Of a stretch of 64,000 bases of DNA, positions 10,686 through 22,222 are shown one piece after another. The position numbers were made by a program, and so were the translations under genes. The stretch is from the NCBI GenBank assembly GCA_965215365.1, contig CBDCDS010000003.1, forward strand, positions 1,440,001 through 1,504,000. Reading direction: 5' to 3'. Every line of letters starts with the position of its first letter. The stretch's first letter is position 1. This stretch comes from Gammaproteobacteria bacterium (GTDB lineage: Bacteria; Pseudomonadota; Gammaproteobacteria; Eutrophobiales; Eutrophobiaceae). Under the pieces are notes generated by a model. It saw only the letters and a program-made list of their open reading frames with translations, made no database searches and was not told where the DNA came from.

Positions 10686-12203
10686 ATGGAAATTGCGAGG
10701 ATCTACTCACGCGCCCTGACGGGGATCGACTCCCCTCAGGTCACGGTTGAAATACACATCTCTCGAGGCCTGCCCCAATTTTTTATCGTCGGTCTGCCTG
10801 AAACCGAAGTCAAAGAGAGTCGGGAACGCGTCCGCAGCGCCTTGCTCACCAATCACTTCGAGTTTCCCATGCGTCGCATTACCGTGAATCTGGCGCCGGC
10901 GGATCTGCCCAAGGAGGGTGGCAGGTATGACCTGGCAATCGCCATTGGCATCTTGGCAGCCTCCGGGCAGATTTCCTGCGAGGCACTGCCATTGCACGAG
11001 TTTATCGGCGAGTTGTCCCTGACCGGGGAGTTACGCCCGGTGCGCGGGGTGCTGCCCTGCGCTTACGCCACCAACAAGACCGGGCGCAGCCTGATACTGC
11101 CTGAGCCCAATGCTGCGGAGGCCGGCCTTATTAACGAGTTGGGTGTCTTGCCGGCGCAGCATGTCATGGCCGTTTGCGGTCACCTGAATGCCGTGACCCC
11201 GCTGGCGCGCTTCAGCCGCAAGGAGCTACCACCGCAGGAGCAACAGGTTTATCCCGACCTGGCGGAAGTGCGCTCACATCATTTTGCCAAGCGTGCCCTG
11301 GAAATCTGTGCTTCAGGGGGACACAACCTGCTTATGACAGGTCCGCCCGGCAGCGGTAAAACCATGTTGGCCGAGCGCCTGCCGGGTCTGTTGCCGCCCA
11401 TGAGTGAGCAAGAAGCCATGGCCACGGCCACGATTCATTCCGTCAGCACGCGCGGTTTCAGCCTTGCAGACTGGAAGCGCCGGCCGGTGCGTATGCCGCA
11501 CCACTCGGCTTCGGCCGCGGCGCTGGTTGGCGGTGGCAGCATCCCGCGTCCCGGCGAAGTATCGCTGGCGCATAACGGCGTGTTGTTCCTGGATGAACTG
11601 CCGGAATTCAATCGTAGCGTGCTTGAGGCCTTGCGGGAACCGCTCGAAGCAGGGCAGGTCAGTATTTCCCGGGCTGCCGGCCAGACCGAATATCCGGCCG
11701 GGTTTCAGCTGGTGGCGGCGATGAATCCCTGTCCCTGCGGCTACCACGGCGATCGCAGTGACCGTTGCCGCTGCACCTGTGAACAAATCAGGCGTTACCG
11801 CAGCAAGATATCCGGCCCGCTGCTGGATCGGATTGACCTGCATATCGAAGTGCCGAATCTGTCGCCGGACAGTCTGCATGCCTCATACAGTGAGCCGCGC
11901 GAGGCCAGCGCCGTGGTGCGCCGGCGGGTACTGCGCGCGTACCGACGCCAACTGGCGCGCGTCGGCAAGCAGAACTGCCTGCTGAACAACGAAGAACTGG
12001 AAGCGCATTGCCAGCTGTCACCGTCATTGACGACCTTGCTGCATAAAGCTGTTGCGCGGCTGAATTTGTCTATCCGGGGCACTTGCCGGGTGTTGCGAGT
12101 TGCCCGTACCGTGGCAGATCTGGCGGGTGCCGACCCGATTGGCCCGGAACACCTGAGCGAAGCAATCTCCTATCGCAACAGTTTCCAGGTGCCGTCCTAT
12201 TGA
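10686..12203 (+). CDS. comM: YifB/ComM Mg-chelatase-like AAA+ ATPase
   Basis: IVGLPETEVKESRERV, GPPGSGKT, FLDELPEF, AMNPCPCG. Confidence 0.92.
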   Translation: MEIARIYSRALTGIDSPQVTVEIHISRGLPQFFIVGLPETEVKESRERVRSALLTNHFEFPMRRITVNLAPADLPKEGGRYDLAIAIGILAASGQISCEALPLHEFIGELSLTGELRPVRGVLPCAYATNKTGRSLILPEPNAAEAGLINELGVLPAQHVMAVCGHLNAVTPLARFSRKELPPQEQQVYPDLAEVRSHHFAKRALEICASGGHNLLMTGPPGSGKTMLAERLPGLLPPMSEQEAMATATIHSVSTRGFSLADWKRRPVRMPHHSASAAALVGGGSIPRPGEVSLAHNGVLFLDELPEFNRSVLEALREPLEAGQVSISRAAGQTEYPAGFQLVAAMNPCPCGYHGDRSDRCRCTCEQIRRYRSKISGPLLDRIDLHIEVPNLSPDSLHASYSEPREASAVVRRRVLRAYRRQLARVGKQNCLLNNEELEAHCQLSPSLTTLLHKAVARLNLSIRGTCRVLRVARTVADLAGADPIGPEHLSEAISYRNSFQVPSY

Positions 12204-12234
12204 CATACCCGGCATCAGACAATAAGGTAAAACC

Positions 12235-12618
12235 ATGTCAGAGCAGATTCGTTACGAATTTTCCGTGAAGGTGAAAACTGCCTACCTGCAGGAACAATCC
12301 GTGCCTGAGGACAACCGGTTTGTGTTCGCTTACACCATTTCCATCACCAATACCGGGAGTATCCCGGGCACCCTGATGCGCCGGCACTGGGTCATTACTG
12401 ATGCCAATAACAAGGTGCAGGAAGTTCATGGCGATGGCGTCGTGGGTGAGCAGCCTTTCCTGGGTCCGGGGCAGTCTTTTGAATATACCAGTGGCGCTAT
12501 TCTGGAGACACCTGTGGGCTGCATGGAGGGCACTTATGACATCTTGGCCGAAGACGGGGTTGAGTTTGCCTCGCCCATCCCGGTGTTCAACCTGTCCACG
12601 CCACTGATGCTGCATTAG
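12235..12618 (+). CDS. apaG: ApaG protein
   Basis: FAYTISI, RHWVITD, GDGVVGEQP, FEYTSG. Confidence 0.96.
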   Translation: MSEQIRYEFSVKVKTAYLQEQSVPEDNRFVFAYTISITNTGSIPGTLMRRHWVITDANNKVQEVHGDGVVGEQPFLGPGQSFEYTSGAILETPVGCMEGTYDILAEDGVEFASPIPVFNLSTPLMLH

Positions 12619-12628
12619 CGCTCTTACC

Positions 12629-13462
12629 GTGGCAACCTATGCCATTGGCGACTTGCAGGGTTGTTTCAACGAACTGCAGGACCTGCTGCAGCTGATCCGT
12701 TTCGATCCGGCCCGGGACCGGCTCTGGTTTACCGGCGATCTAGTAAACCGCGGCCCGCAGTCGCTGGCCTGCTTGCGTTTCGTTAAGGAACTTGGGGAGG
12801 CCGCAGTTTCAGTGCTGGGCAACCATGAATTGCACCTGCTCGCCATAAGCAATGGCCAACCTCAATACCTGCATGACGGTGATACCTTGGATGACATCCT
12901 CACCGCTGCGGATGGCGCCGAACTGCTACACTGGTTACGGCGGCTGCCGCTGATACATCGGGATGAGCAAAGCGGCTTTACCATGCTGCACGCCGGCCTG
13001 CCGCCACAGTGGCGGCTGGAACAGGCCATGGCGTATGCCGCGGAGGTGGAACAGGCCCTGCGCGGCCCTGATTACCGGGACTACTTTGCCAATATGTACG
13101 GTAATGAGCCGGATTGCTGGTCGCCGGCGCTGGCTGGCTGGGAGCGGCTACGCTTCATTACCAACTGCCTGACCCGCATTCGCTACTGCAGCGGCGCCGG
13201 CGTGCTGGACCTGAAGGAGAAAGGCGTGTCCGGGCTGCCAGGGATGCTGCCGTGGTTTGCGATACCCGGCCGCAAAACTCTGCCGCAGAAACTCATTTTT
13301 GGCCATTGGGCCGCGCTCCGGGATCATCCTCAGGATTATAGTCGCTACAACGTCTATCCCTTGGACATGGGCTGTGTCTGGGGCGGTGAGTTACTGGCCC
13401 TGCGCCTGCACGACGGAGAGTATTTCAGCGTGCCGTCCAGGCAGGGAGTCAGCTTCGGGTGA
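12629..13462 (+). CDS. apaH: Symmetrical Ap4A hydrolase
   Basis: YAIGDLQGC, GDLVNRGP, VLGNH, FGHWAAL, GCVWGG. Confidence 0.96.
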   Translation: MATYAIGDLQGCFNELQDLLQLIRFDPARDRLWFTGDLVNRGPQSLACLRFVKELGEAAVSVLGNHELHLLAISNGQPQYLHDGDTLDDILTAADGAELLHWLRRLPLIHRDEQSGFTMLHAGLPPQWRLEQAMAYAAEVEQALRGPDYRDYFANMYGNEPDCWSPALAGWERLRFITNCLTRIRYCSGAGVLDLKEKGVSGLPGMLPWFAIPGRKTLPQKLIFGHWAALRDHPQDYSRYNVYPLDMGCVWGGELLALRLHDGEYFSVPSRQGVSFG

Positions 13463-13545
13463 AGGGTGCTGCACACCCCGACAATATGTAAATCTGCAAA
13501 ATTTACACAGCAAAAATACCACGGAGAGTATTTTTAGAGGTTACC
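13463..13545 (+). repeat. Family D repeat fused to a family A hairpin/end
   Basis: 13463-13516 matches the reverse complement of 30929-30982; followed by aaaaataccacggagagtatttttagaggttacc. Confidence 0.75.
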
Positions 13546-13720
13546 TTCCGACAATTCCACTAGGGCAACCGCACACTTTTATACATATCATCATTAGTGT
13601 CCCAAGAATTAATCGAATAGATTCAGTTGGTTAAGTATATCACGGCGGCCTGCTTTGTGGCCGGTTTTGGTAAGTAGTTGATACAGTGAGACTTTTTCAA
13701 ATCGGCCTGGATCGTGGCAA

Positions 13721-14884
13721 TCAGAGCCCGGCAAGCTCGTCCGTCAGGCTTTCCAGCGGAACCGCTCGAATCTGGTCGTGCATGCGGTATGCGCGAGCGC
13801 CGGGGTAGATGACGTCGATGCGTTCGAGTTGCAGCGCTTCCAGCGCTGCAAGCATTGAGCGCGTGCGCTTTGGCGCATCGGTTCGTTTGAATTCGAAACC
13901 GAACCGGCGCGAGCCGCGCAGCAGCAATAAGTCAAGCTCTGCGCCGCCTGGCGTTGCCCAGTACCAGGCACCGTCGGGAGGGATTTCAAGTCGGCGCAGC
14001 ACTTGTTCGAGCGCAAATCCTTCAAAACTGGCGCCCACCTTTGGATGCGCGGCGAGGTCTTGCGGCGTTGCCACCCCGAGCAAGCTGTGAAGCAAGCCGG
14101 AATCGGCGATGTAGATCTTGGGTGATTTGACGATTCGTTTTCCGGGATTCCTGGTCCATGGCCGCAGCTGTCGCACCATGAAGGTCGAACTCAGCAAATC
14201 AAGATAGCGGCGCACCGCCGTATGTGAAATCCCGAACGCCCGTCCAATTTCCGAACCGTTCCAGATCTGGCCGTGATAGTGGGCAAGCATCGACCAGAAA
14301 TCCGACATGGTGCGCGCGGGAACCCTGGAACCAAACGCTGGCAAATCCCTTTCGAGAAATGTGCGGGTGAAATTTTTGCGCCATTCCATGCTTTGCCGAT
14401 GGGCGGCCGGCAGATAAGCCCGCGGGAACCCACCCCGCAGCCAAAGGCGTTGCCAATGTTCCGGTCCTGTCTCTTGCAGATCGAAACCGGATAACTCATG
14501 AAAAGCGATGCGACCCGCAAGCGATTCCGACCTCTGGCGCAGCAACTCCGGCGAGGCGCTGCCCAACACAAGAAACTTTGCGGGCGAGGGAGAGCGATCA
14601 GCCAGCACCCGCAGCACCGGAAAGAGTTCGGGACGACGTTGCACTTCATCAATGACGACCAATCCGCGCAGAGGTTCCAGGGCCAGCATAGGCTCGTCAA
14701 ACTGGCCCAGGTCGCGCGGATCTTCAAGGTCGAACCGGACCGTTTCTCCATCCCAGGCGCGCATCAGCGCCTTGGCAAGCGTCGTCTTACCTACCTGCCG
14801 CGCCCCGATCAGGGCAACCACCTGATTTTCTTGCAAAAGTCTGGTTATATGCTGCTCATGCGATGTCCTGACAATTTCATTCAT
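13721..14884 (-). CDS. AAA_14 ATPase with wHTH and DUF4143 (PD-(D/E)XK-like) domain
   Basis: GARQVGKT, VVIDEVQ, LRGGFP, KSPKIYIADSGL, ELDLL..GFEFK. Confidence 0.9.
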   Translation of the reverse strand: MNEIVRTSHEQHITRLLQENQVVALIGARQVGKTTLAKALMRAWDGETVRFDLEDPRDLGQFDEPMLALEPLRGLVVIDEVQRRPELFPVLRVLADRSPSPAKFLVLGSASPELLRQRSESLAGRIAFHELSGFDLQETGPEHWQRLWLRGGFPRAYLPAAHRQSMEWRKNFTRTFLERDLPAFGSRVPARTMSDFWSMLAHYHGQIWNGSEIGRAFGISHTAVRRYLDLLSSTFMVRQLRPWTRNPGKRIVKSPKIYIADSGLLHSLLGVATPQDLAAHPKVGASFEGFALEQVLRRLEIPPDGAWYWATPGGAELDLLLLRGSRRFGFEFKRTDAPKRTRSMLAALEALQLERIDVIYPGARAYRMHDQIRAVPLESLTDELAGL

Positions 14885-14892
14885 GCACGAAT

Positions 14893-14919
14893 ATTGAACG
14901 ATAGCCGTTCAATTTGCAA
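14893..14919 (-). promoter_or_regulatory. Operator-like inverted repeat overlapping promoter
   Basis: ATTGAACG-N5-CGTTCAAT next to -35-like TTGCAA, 8 nt from the ATG. Confidence 0.6.
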
Positions 14920-14958
14920 GGATAAAATGATAGCGCGCAGCTGGACGCAGTACGCCAC

Positions 14959-15903
14959 TCACTCAAGGAAGCCCCCCGCAGCCCGCTGGCTCCATTCTAT
15001 CCAGGAACCGTCGTAGAGGTGCAGTTTTTCTTCGGGGAACCCCATCAGATAAAGAGCGAACAGCGGTGTGGCGGCGCGCACGCCGGAGTGGCAGTAGAAG
15101 ATATGATCATGTTCGGGCTTGAGGCCTGCCTGCGTTAGCAACGTGTCGAGCTCGGCGGCGCTGCGGAACTCGGACGGGCGGCCGGCGGAGGCTTTGCGGA
15201 AATTTTTCCAGCCGAGGTGTTGGGCGCCGTCAATGCGCCCCGTCGGCAGGCCGCCTATGCTTCTCGAACCGTCCCATTCCGCGACCGAGCGCGCATCCCA
15301 GACCCGGGCGCCGGCGTCTGCGCGGCCCCGGTCAACATCGGCCATTGCGGCCGTCCAGCCGTCGAGACCCGGGGTTGCGATAAAATTCCCGGTTTTTCCG
15401 GCTGACCGTCCGGGGCCGCGTTCAATGTTGTAGCCGGCGTCTTTCCAGGCATCCAGACCGCCGTCGAGCACCCTTACATCGGCTTTTCCGTAACGCCGGA
15501 AGAGCCACCAAAGGTGCGCCGCATCGTTGGCTTCATCATAGATCACGACAGTGGTATCGTTGTCGATGCCGAGGTCGCGCGCAAATTCCTGGAAGCGTTC
15601 CCGGTCCACCGTCATGCCGTCCGCATTCATGTAGCGCTTGCGCGGTGTATGCCGCGCGCCGGGAATGTGCTCCAGCAGCCAGGAGGTGCGTTTCACCGCA
15701 GCCAGCACTGTCGGTGGCGGCCCGTCTCCGTCCAGCATCGAGTTAAGTTCGGTCGCAGTAACCAGAGCGTGTCCGCGCGGAAAGCCCTTGTATTGCTCGG
15801 CCGGCACGGGCGCGCATAGCAGCAACAGGACGAGGGGCAACAGTATGAAGCCTTGTAACGGGTTACTTCTGCGCGGCACCCGGAAGTAGTCATTAACCCG
15901 CAT
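14959..15903 (-). CDS. Tandem-rhodanese sulfurtransferase with probable signal peptide
   Basis: HIPGA, LDGGLDAW, DARS, YCHSGVRA, LYDGSWIEW. Confidence 0.88.
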   Translation of the reverse strand: MRVNDYFRVPRRSNPLQGFILLPLVLLLLCAPVPAEQYKGFPRGHALVTATELNSMLDGDGPPPTVLAAVKRTSWLLEHIPGARHTPRKRYMNADGMTVDRERFQEFARDLGIDNDTTVVIYDEANDAAHLWWLFRRYGKADVRVLDGGLDAWKDAGYNIERGPGRSAGKTGNFIATPGLDGWTAAMADVDRGRADAGARVWDARSVAEWDGSRSIGGLPTGRIDGAQHLGWKNFRKASAGRPSEFRSAAELDTLLTQAGLKPEHDHIFYCHSGVRAATPLFALYLMGFPEEKLHLYDGSWIEWSQRAAGGFLE

Positions 15904-15962
15904 ATGTCACCAAGTCGGTTGTATTGTCATTTTTGATGCGCCTGTACGCTGAGAAAACTCAT

Positions 15963-16937
<975 letters not shown>

Positions 16938-17058
16938 TTATTCTACCCTGATTGTACAAAGTGCGCTTGCGCAAAAGCCGGTCGCCAAAGCCCTGTGCAC
17001 ACTGTCCACTACCCCATAGCCCGTGTTTACTGTATCCTGTGTGCTCCATAAAACACCG

Positions 17059-17193
17059 ACAGGCAGAACCAAGACCAGCGAGGGCGCATCAAGCGCAGTG
17101 GGTTATGCGGAAAGAGTAGCAGTATTATCATAACTTATTGAGAGCAATTATGTTTCACAAGGCAACAAGCGACTGGGTGAGATATGCGGGCTA
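17059..17193 (-). mobile_element. Family B MITE, half copy
   Basis: Reverse complement of the left ~135 bp of 45728-45972; its terminal repeat contains the hisB ATG. Confidence 0.85.
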
Positions 17194-17777
17194 GACAGGC
17201 CGCCGTTGACAGGTCAACCAGGGAAACACAGATAGCCGTGGCGCTGAACCTGGATGGGAAAGGTGAGGCGACATTGGCGCTCGGTGTTCCGTTCCTGGAA
17301 CACATGCTGGATCAGGTTGCCCGGCACGGCCTGTTTGACCTGAATATCAAGGCGCAGGGCGACCTGGAGATCGACGCGCACCACACCGTTGAGGATGTTG
17401 GCATCTCCCTGGGACAGGCCGTCGCACAAGCGCTGGGAGACAAGCGTGGGATACGCCGCTACGGGCAGGCTTACGTGCCCCTTGACGAAGCACTGTCGCG
17501 GGTGGTGCTGGATTTCTCCGGGCGGCCCGGATTGGATTACCACGTTGAGTACCCGCGCGCCCGGGTGGGTGACTTCGATGTGGACTTGCTGCGCGAGTTT
17601 TTCCAGGGGTTTGTCAACCATGCTATGGTCACCCTGCATATTGATAACCTGCGCGGCAGGAACACGCACCACATCGCCGAGACGATCTTCAAGGCGTTTG
17701 GCCGGGCGTTGCGCGCGGCCGTGGAGCCGGATCCACGCATGGCAGGCATACTGCCCTCAACCAAAGGCAGCCTGTAG
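17184..17777 (+). CDS. hisB: Imidazoleglycerol-phosphate dehydratase
   Basis: [36 protein letters not shown]. Confidence 0.97.
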   Translation: MRARQAAVDRSTRETQIAVALNLDGKGEATLALGVPFLEHMLDQVARHGLFDLNIKAQGDLEIDAHHTVEDVGISLGQAVAQALGDKRGIRRYGQAYVPLDEALSRVVLDFSGRPGLDYHVEYPRARVGDFDVDLLREFFQGFVNHAMVTLHIDNLRGRNTHHIAETIFKAFGRALRAAVEPDPRMAGILPSTKGSL

Positions 17778-17791
17778 AAGGTGATGCGGCC

Positions 17792-18448
17792 GTGAGCCTG
17801 AGCGCGCGCAAAATCGTTGCCATTCTGGACTACGGTTCGGGTAACCTGCACTCGGTGGCGAAGGCCTTGGAACAGGTGGCCGGGCGGGACTATGCGGTGC
17901 GGGTAAGCGGCGAGCGTAACGCGGTGCTGGCCGCCGAACGCATCGTCTTCCCCGGCCAGGGCGCCATCGGTCAATGTATGCAGACCCTGATCGACAAGGG
18001 CTTCCCTGCGCTGCTCCGGGAGTGCTTGCTGAATAAACCCTTCCTGGGTATCTGCCTGGGATTGCAGACCTTGATGGATGCCAGCGAGGAAGACGGCGGC
18101 ACCCACGGTCTGGCCTTGCTGCCGGGGCAAGTGCGCCGATTTCCGGCAGCCGCCAGGGATGCCAACGGCGACCCGTACAAGATCCCACACATGGGCTGGA
18201 ACAAGGTCAAACAAGCAGCCGTCCACCCCCTGTGGAAGAATATCGAGGACGGTGAGCGGTTTTACTTCGTGCACAGCTACTATGTGCAACCGGACTACAA
18301 ACCGGATACGGCAGGGGTCACGGATTATATCGTGAGTTTTACCTCAGCCGCGGCGCGGGATAACCTGTTCGCCACACAATTCCACCCGGAAAAGAGCCAG
18401 AAGCCCGGCCTTGCCCTGCTCAGGAATTTTCTGGACTGGCAGCCGTAA
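17792..18448 (+). CDS. hisH: IGP synthase glutaminase subunit
   Basis: DYGSGNL, LGICLG, PHMGWN, YFVHSY, QFHPEKS. Confidence 0.97.
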   Translation: MSLSARKIVAILDYGSGNLHSVAKALEQVAGRDYAVRVSGERNAVLAAERIVFPGQGAIGQCMQTLIDKGFPALLRECLLNKPFLGICLGLQTLMDASEEDGGTHGLALLPGQVRRFPAAARDANGDPYKIPHMGWNKVKQAAVHPLWKNIEDGERFYFVHSYYVQPDYKPDTAGVTDYIVSFTSAAARDNLFATQFHPEKSQKPGLALLRNFLDWQP

Positions 18449-18458
18449 GCGCCACTGA

Positions 18459-18521
18459 CGGCGCGATCTTCGCATCACTGGTAAATAATGCCCTCCGTGG
18501 CATTTTTAGAGGTTCCCTTAA
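18459..18521 (+). repeat. Family B fragment followed by family A hairpin and end
   Basis: cggcgcgatcttcgcatcact (B), then aatgccctccgtggcatttttagaggttccc-TTAA (A), overlapping the HU stop codon. Confidence 0.75.
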
Positions 18522-18850
18522 GACACTGAGTCTTTCAGCGCCTTCAACGGCATAGCGCGCACGGCGACGGTTGCCGGTTTTGCTGCGATGGTAATTTTCT
18601 CGCCCGTGGCGGGATTGATGCCGGGGCGCGCGGCGCGGGCAGGCTTTATCACCCGGCTCAATTTAACACCCATTGACGGCACCGTGAATTCCCCTGAAGC
18701 GCCGTTCTGCAGATGGCGCACGGCCAGTGCAGCCATTGAGTCGAGGACTGCTCCGACCTGCTTTTTAGTCAGGCCGGTATCTTCGGCAATATGAGTTAAA
18801 ATTTGTGATTTGGTTTGTTTTTGTGCAATCGCTTGTGGTTTGTAAGACAT
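18518..18850 (-). CDS. HU/IHF-family DNA-binding protein
   Basis: TKSQIL..IAEDTGLTKKQV, ARPGINPATGEKITIAAK. Confidence 0.9.
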   Translation of the reverse strand: MSYKPQAIAQKQTKSQILTHIAEDTGLTKKQVGAVLDSMAALAVRHLQNGASGEFTVPSMGVKLSRVIKPARAARPGINPATGEKITIAAKPATVAVRAMPLKALKDSVS

Positions 18851-19067
18851 CTCTACCCCTCCTACGGAACTAGGTTAGTAACACTATGTTGCCTGCAGCG
18901 CCCATCGTTCTGCCGTTCCAGCATTCCCCGGACGCAGCCGTTAAATTGAGCTTCGTCGCTCAAAAGCCCCACTGGGAGACGATTATATTACAAAATCAAG
19001 ATGATTTGTGCAGATCTGTCATTTTTTTTCGTAACGACCCTCAAAGGCCGCGCGACACTCGCGCGCG

Positions 19068-20375
19068 TCACTGCGTGGGCAAGCCCGACGCCGCTTCCCT
19101 GCGCACTGCCCGGTAAGCGATGTCCGAGCGATAAAACAAGGCATCGCAAGCGATGGTTGCAACCGTTTGGTAGGCCTTGTGCCGGGCTTGAGTAACGCTG
19201 TCCGCCAGGGCCGTCACGCACAGCACCCGCCCGCCATCGGTCACTATCTCGTCCCCGGCCTGCCGGGTGCCGGCATGAAATATTTTCACGGTCTTGTCTG
19301 TTTGCCTGAGACCGGTAATGGGCCGCCCCTTGGTGGCGCCTTGCGGATATCCTGCCGAAGCCATCACCACACCCACGGCCGGGCGCGGGTCCCAGGCCAG
19401 CGTGGCGGTACGCAGTTGTTGCGCCAGAGCCAGCTCACACAGGGCCGGCAAATCGCCTTGCAAGCGCATCAGCATGGGCTGCGTCTCCGGGTCACCCAGA
19501 CGGCAGTTGAACTCAAGCGTCTGCGGGTTGCCGTCGGCGTCAATCATGAGCCCGGCGTAGAGGAAGCCACGGTAGGGGGTGCCTTCCGCCCTCATGCCGG
19601 CAATGGCGGGCTCGATGACGCGCTGCATAATACGCTCGTGCAGCACATCATCCATCATGGCCGCGGGCGAATAGGCGCCCATACCGCCGGTGTTGGGTCC
19701 GGTGTCGCCCTCGTCTCTGGCCTTGTGGTCCTGGGAACTGGCCAGCGGGATTACGTGCTCGCCGTCGCTCATCACGATGAAGCTGGCCTCCTCGCCGGCG
19801 ATAAAGTCCTCGATAACAACCCGTTGCCCGGCGGCGCCGAATTTGCCGGCTGTCAGCATCTCCCGCAATGCGCGTCCGGCCTCCTCGCGGGTACAGGCAA
19901 TGACGACGCCTTTGCCCGCCGCCAGACCGTCTGCCTTGACCACTATCGGCAGGCTGGCTGCCTCAATATAAGCCAACGCCGGAGCCAGCTCGGTAAAACT
20001 CTCGCTGGCCGCCGTGGGAATGCCGTAGCGGCGCATGAAGAGCTTGCTGAAATGCTTGGAGCCTTCCAGCCTGGCGGCCTGTTGCGAGGGGCCGAAACAG
20101 CGTAATCCCGCCGCCGCAAAGGCATCCGCAATACCGGCGACCAGCGGCCCTTCAGTCCCCACCAGGGTCAACGCCACGCCGCGCTCACGGGCAAGCCCGA
20201 TTAAGGCAGGGGTATCAGTGGGGGTAATGGGGATATTTTCTACCTTGTCCTCCAACGCAGTACCGGCGTTGCCCGGCGCCACATAGACCTTTTCCACCTC
20301 AGGCGACTGCGCTGTCTTCCAGGCCAGGGCGTGCTCCCGCCCGCCGGCGCCGATAATAAGCACACGCAGCGGCAT
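19068..20375 (-). CDS. purD: Phosphoribosylamine-glycine ligase
   Basis: GAGGREHAL, KADGLAAGKGV, GPNTGGMGAYSP, RLGDPETQ. Confidence 0.97.
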   Translation of the reverse strand: MPLRVLIIGAGGREHALAWKTAQSPEVEKVYVAPGNAGTALEDKVENIPITPTDTPALIGLARERGVALTLVGTEGPLVAGIADAFAAAGLRCFGPSQQAARLEGSKHFSKLFMRRYGIPTAASESFTELAPALAYIEAASLPIVVKADGLAAGKGVVIACTREEAGRALREMLTAGKFGAAGQRVVIEDFIAGEEASFIVMSDGEHVIPLASSQDHKARDEGDTGPNTGGMGAYSPAAMMDDVLHERIMQRVIEPAIAGMRAEGTPYRGFLYAGLMIDADGNPQTLEFNCRLGDPETQPMLMRLQGDLPALCELALAQQLRTATLAWDPRPAVGVVMASAGYPQGATKGRPITGLRQTDKTVKIFHAGTRQAGDEIVTDGGRVLCVTALADSVTQARHKAYQTVATIACDALFYRSDIAYRAVRREAASGLPTQ

Positions 20376-20393
20376 GTTCAGGGTGAGCCGGGT

Positions 20394-21953
20394 TCAGTGC
20401 CGGAAATGACGCATGGAGGTCAATACCATGGCCATGTCGTGCTCATCTGCGGCCGCAATCACTTCCTGGTCGCGCACCGAGCCGCCCGGTTGTATCACCG
20501 CGCTGATGCCCGCTTGCGCCGCGGCATCAATCCCGTCGCGAAATGGAAAGAACGCATCTGAGGCCATGACTGCGCTGGCAACCTCAAGGCCGGCGTCGGC
20601 AGCCTTGATGGCGGCGATACGGGCGCTGTAAACCCGGCTCATCTGGCCGGCGCCGATACCGATAGTCCGGCGTTGCCGGGCATAAACGATGGCGTTGGAC
20701 TTGACGTACTTCACCACCCGCCAGGCAAACAACAGGTCTGCCAGTTGTTCAGCATCCGGCTTGCGTGCAGAGACTGTCTGCAACTGTTGCACAGTCATGG
20801 ACCCGGTATCCGAGTCCTGCACCAGTAAGCCGCCGCTGACGCGTTTTAGCTCCAGTTGCGCCGGTTGGCCGGCGCCGGTGCCGGTGACCAGCACCCGCAC
20901 ATCTGATTTTGCTGCCGTGATGGAGAGCACGCCCTCGTCCAGTTCCGGCGCCAGCAGCACCTCCACAAACTGTTGCTCGATGATGCGTTGCGCGGTCTCT
21001 TTATCCAGGCTGCGGTTGCAGGCGATGATGCCGCCGAACGCGGACACCGGGTCGGTCGCGTACGCGGCGCTATAGGCCTCCGACAGCGATGCTGCCTCGG
21101 CCACCCCGCAGGGGTTGGCGTGCTTGACGATCACGCAGGCAGGTTGCGCAAACCCCGATACGCACTCCAGGGCGGCGTCGGCATCGGCCAGATTATTGTA
21201 GGACAGCGCCTTGCCCTGCAGCTGACGCGCCGCGCCCAGAGTCCCTGCCGCCGGCGTCGGTTCCGTATAAAAGGCCGCGCCCTGGTGCGGATTCTCACCA
21301 TAGCGCAATTCCTGAGCCAGGCTGAACTGCATGGTGTAGGTATCCGGATAATTTCTGCTGTTGCCGGCGTGGTCCAGTGCCCCTAAGTAGTTAGCCACAT
21401 TGGCATCGTAGTGAGCCGTGTGTGAGTAAACCTTTTGCGCCAGCTTAAAACAGGTCTGCACCGCCAGCTGGTTGTTGTGTTCGCGCAGTTCTTCCAATAC
21501 CGCCGGGTAATCAGCCGTATCCACAATCACGCCGGTGCACAGGTAGTTTTTGGCCGCAGCCCTGAGCATGGTCGGCCCGCCTATATCAATATTCTCGATG
21601 GCCTCGGCTAGGGTGCAGTGTGCGCGCTTGACGGTTGCCTCGAACGGATACAGGTTGACGACGACCAGATCTATGGGCGGGATGTCCAATTCTGCCATGA
21701 TTTCATCGTCCTGGCCCGGGCGCCCGAGCAGACCGCCGTGGATCTTCGGGTGCAGGGTTTTAACCCGACCGTCCATGATCTCCGGGAAACCGGTGTAAGC
21801 AGACACATCCGTCACGCGGAGGTCGTGGGCTTGCAACAGTTTGAAAGTGCCGCCGGTAGAGAGCAGGGCAATACCCAAACCGTCCAGGGCCTGACAGAAC
21901 TCGACGATGCCGGTTTTATCGGAGACGCTAATCAGCGCGCGGCGTACCCTCAC
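20394..21953 (-). CDS. purH: AICAR transformylase/IMP cyclohydrolase
   Basis: [39 protein letters not shown]. Confidence 0.97.
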   Translation of the reverse strand: MRVRRALISVSDKTGIVEFCQALDGLGIALLSTGGTFKLLQAHDLRVTDVSAYTGFPEIMDGRVKTLHPKIHGGLLGRPGQDDEIMAELDIPPIDLVVVNLYPFEATVKRAHCTLAEAIENIDIGGPTMLRAAAKNYLCTGVIVDTADYPAVLEELREHNNQLAVQTCFKLAQKVYSHTAHYDANVANYLGALDHAGNSRNYPDTYTMQFSLAQELRYGENPHQGAAFYTEPTPAAGTLGAARQLQGKALSYNNLADADAALECVSGFAQPACVIVKHANPCGVAEAASLSEAYSAAYATDPVSAFGGIIACNRSLDKETAQRIIEQQFVEVLLAPELDEGVLSITAAKSDVRVLVTGTGAGQPAQLELKRVSGGLLVQDSDTGSMTVQQLQTVSARKPDAEQLADLLFAWRVVKYVKSNAIVYARQRRTIGIGAGQMSRVYSARIAAIKAADAGLEVASAVMASDAFFPFRDGIDAAAQAGISAVIQPGGSVRDQEVIAAADEHDMAMVLTSMRHFRH

Positions 21954-22222
21954 CGTGCAATACCGTACTTCTTCAAACGCGCCAGCACCGTACCCCGGTT
22001 CAGCCCCAAGGCTTGCGCGGCATGGGTGATATTGCCGTTATATTGACTTAACACCGTTTCAAACAATGGTTTTTCGACCTGGGCAATGACCAGATCGTAC
22101 AGTTCGGAGGCATCATGCCCGTTCAGATCGGAAAAATAATTCTGCATAGACTCCTCCACGCAATCACTCAAGGATTGTCTGGTGGAACAGGCTTGTGTGG
22201 AATCCCGTTTCGTTAACGACAT
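21950..22222 (-). CDS. fis: Fis transcriptional regulator
   Basis: [36 protein letters not shown]. Confidence 0.9.
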   Translation of the reverse strand: MSLTKRDSTQACSTRQSLSDCVEESMQNYFSDLNGHDASELYDLVIAQVEKPLFETVLSQYNGNITHAAQALGLNRGTVLARLKKYGIAR

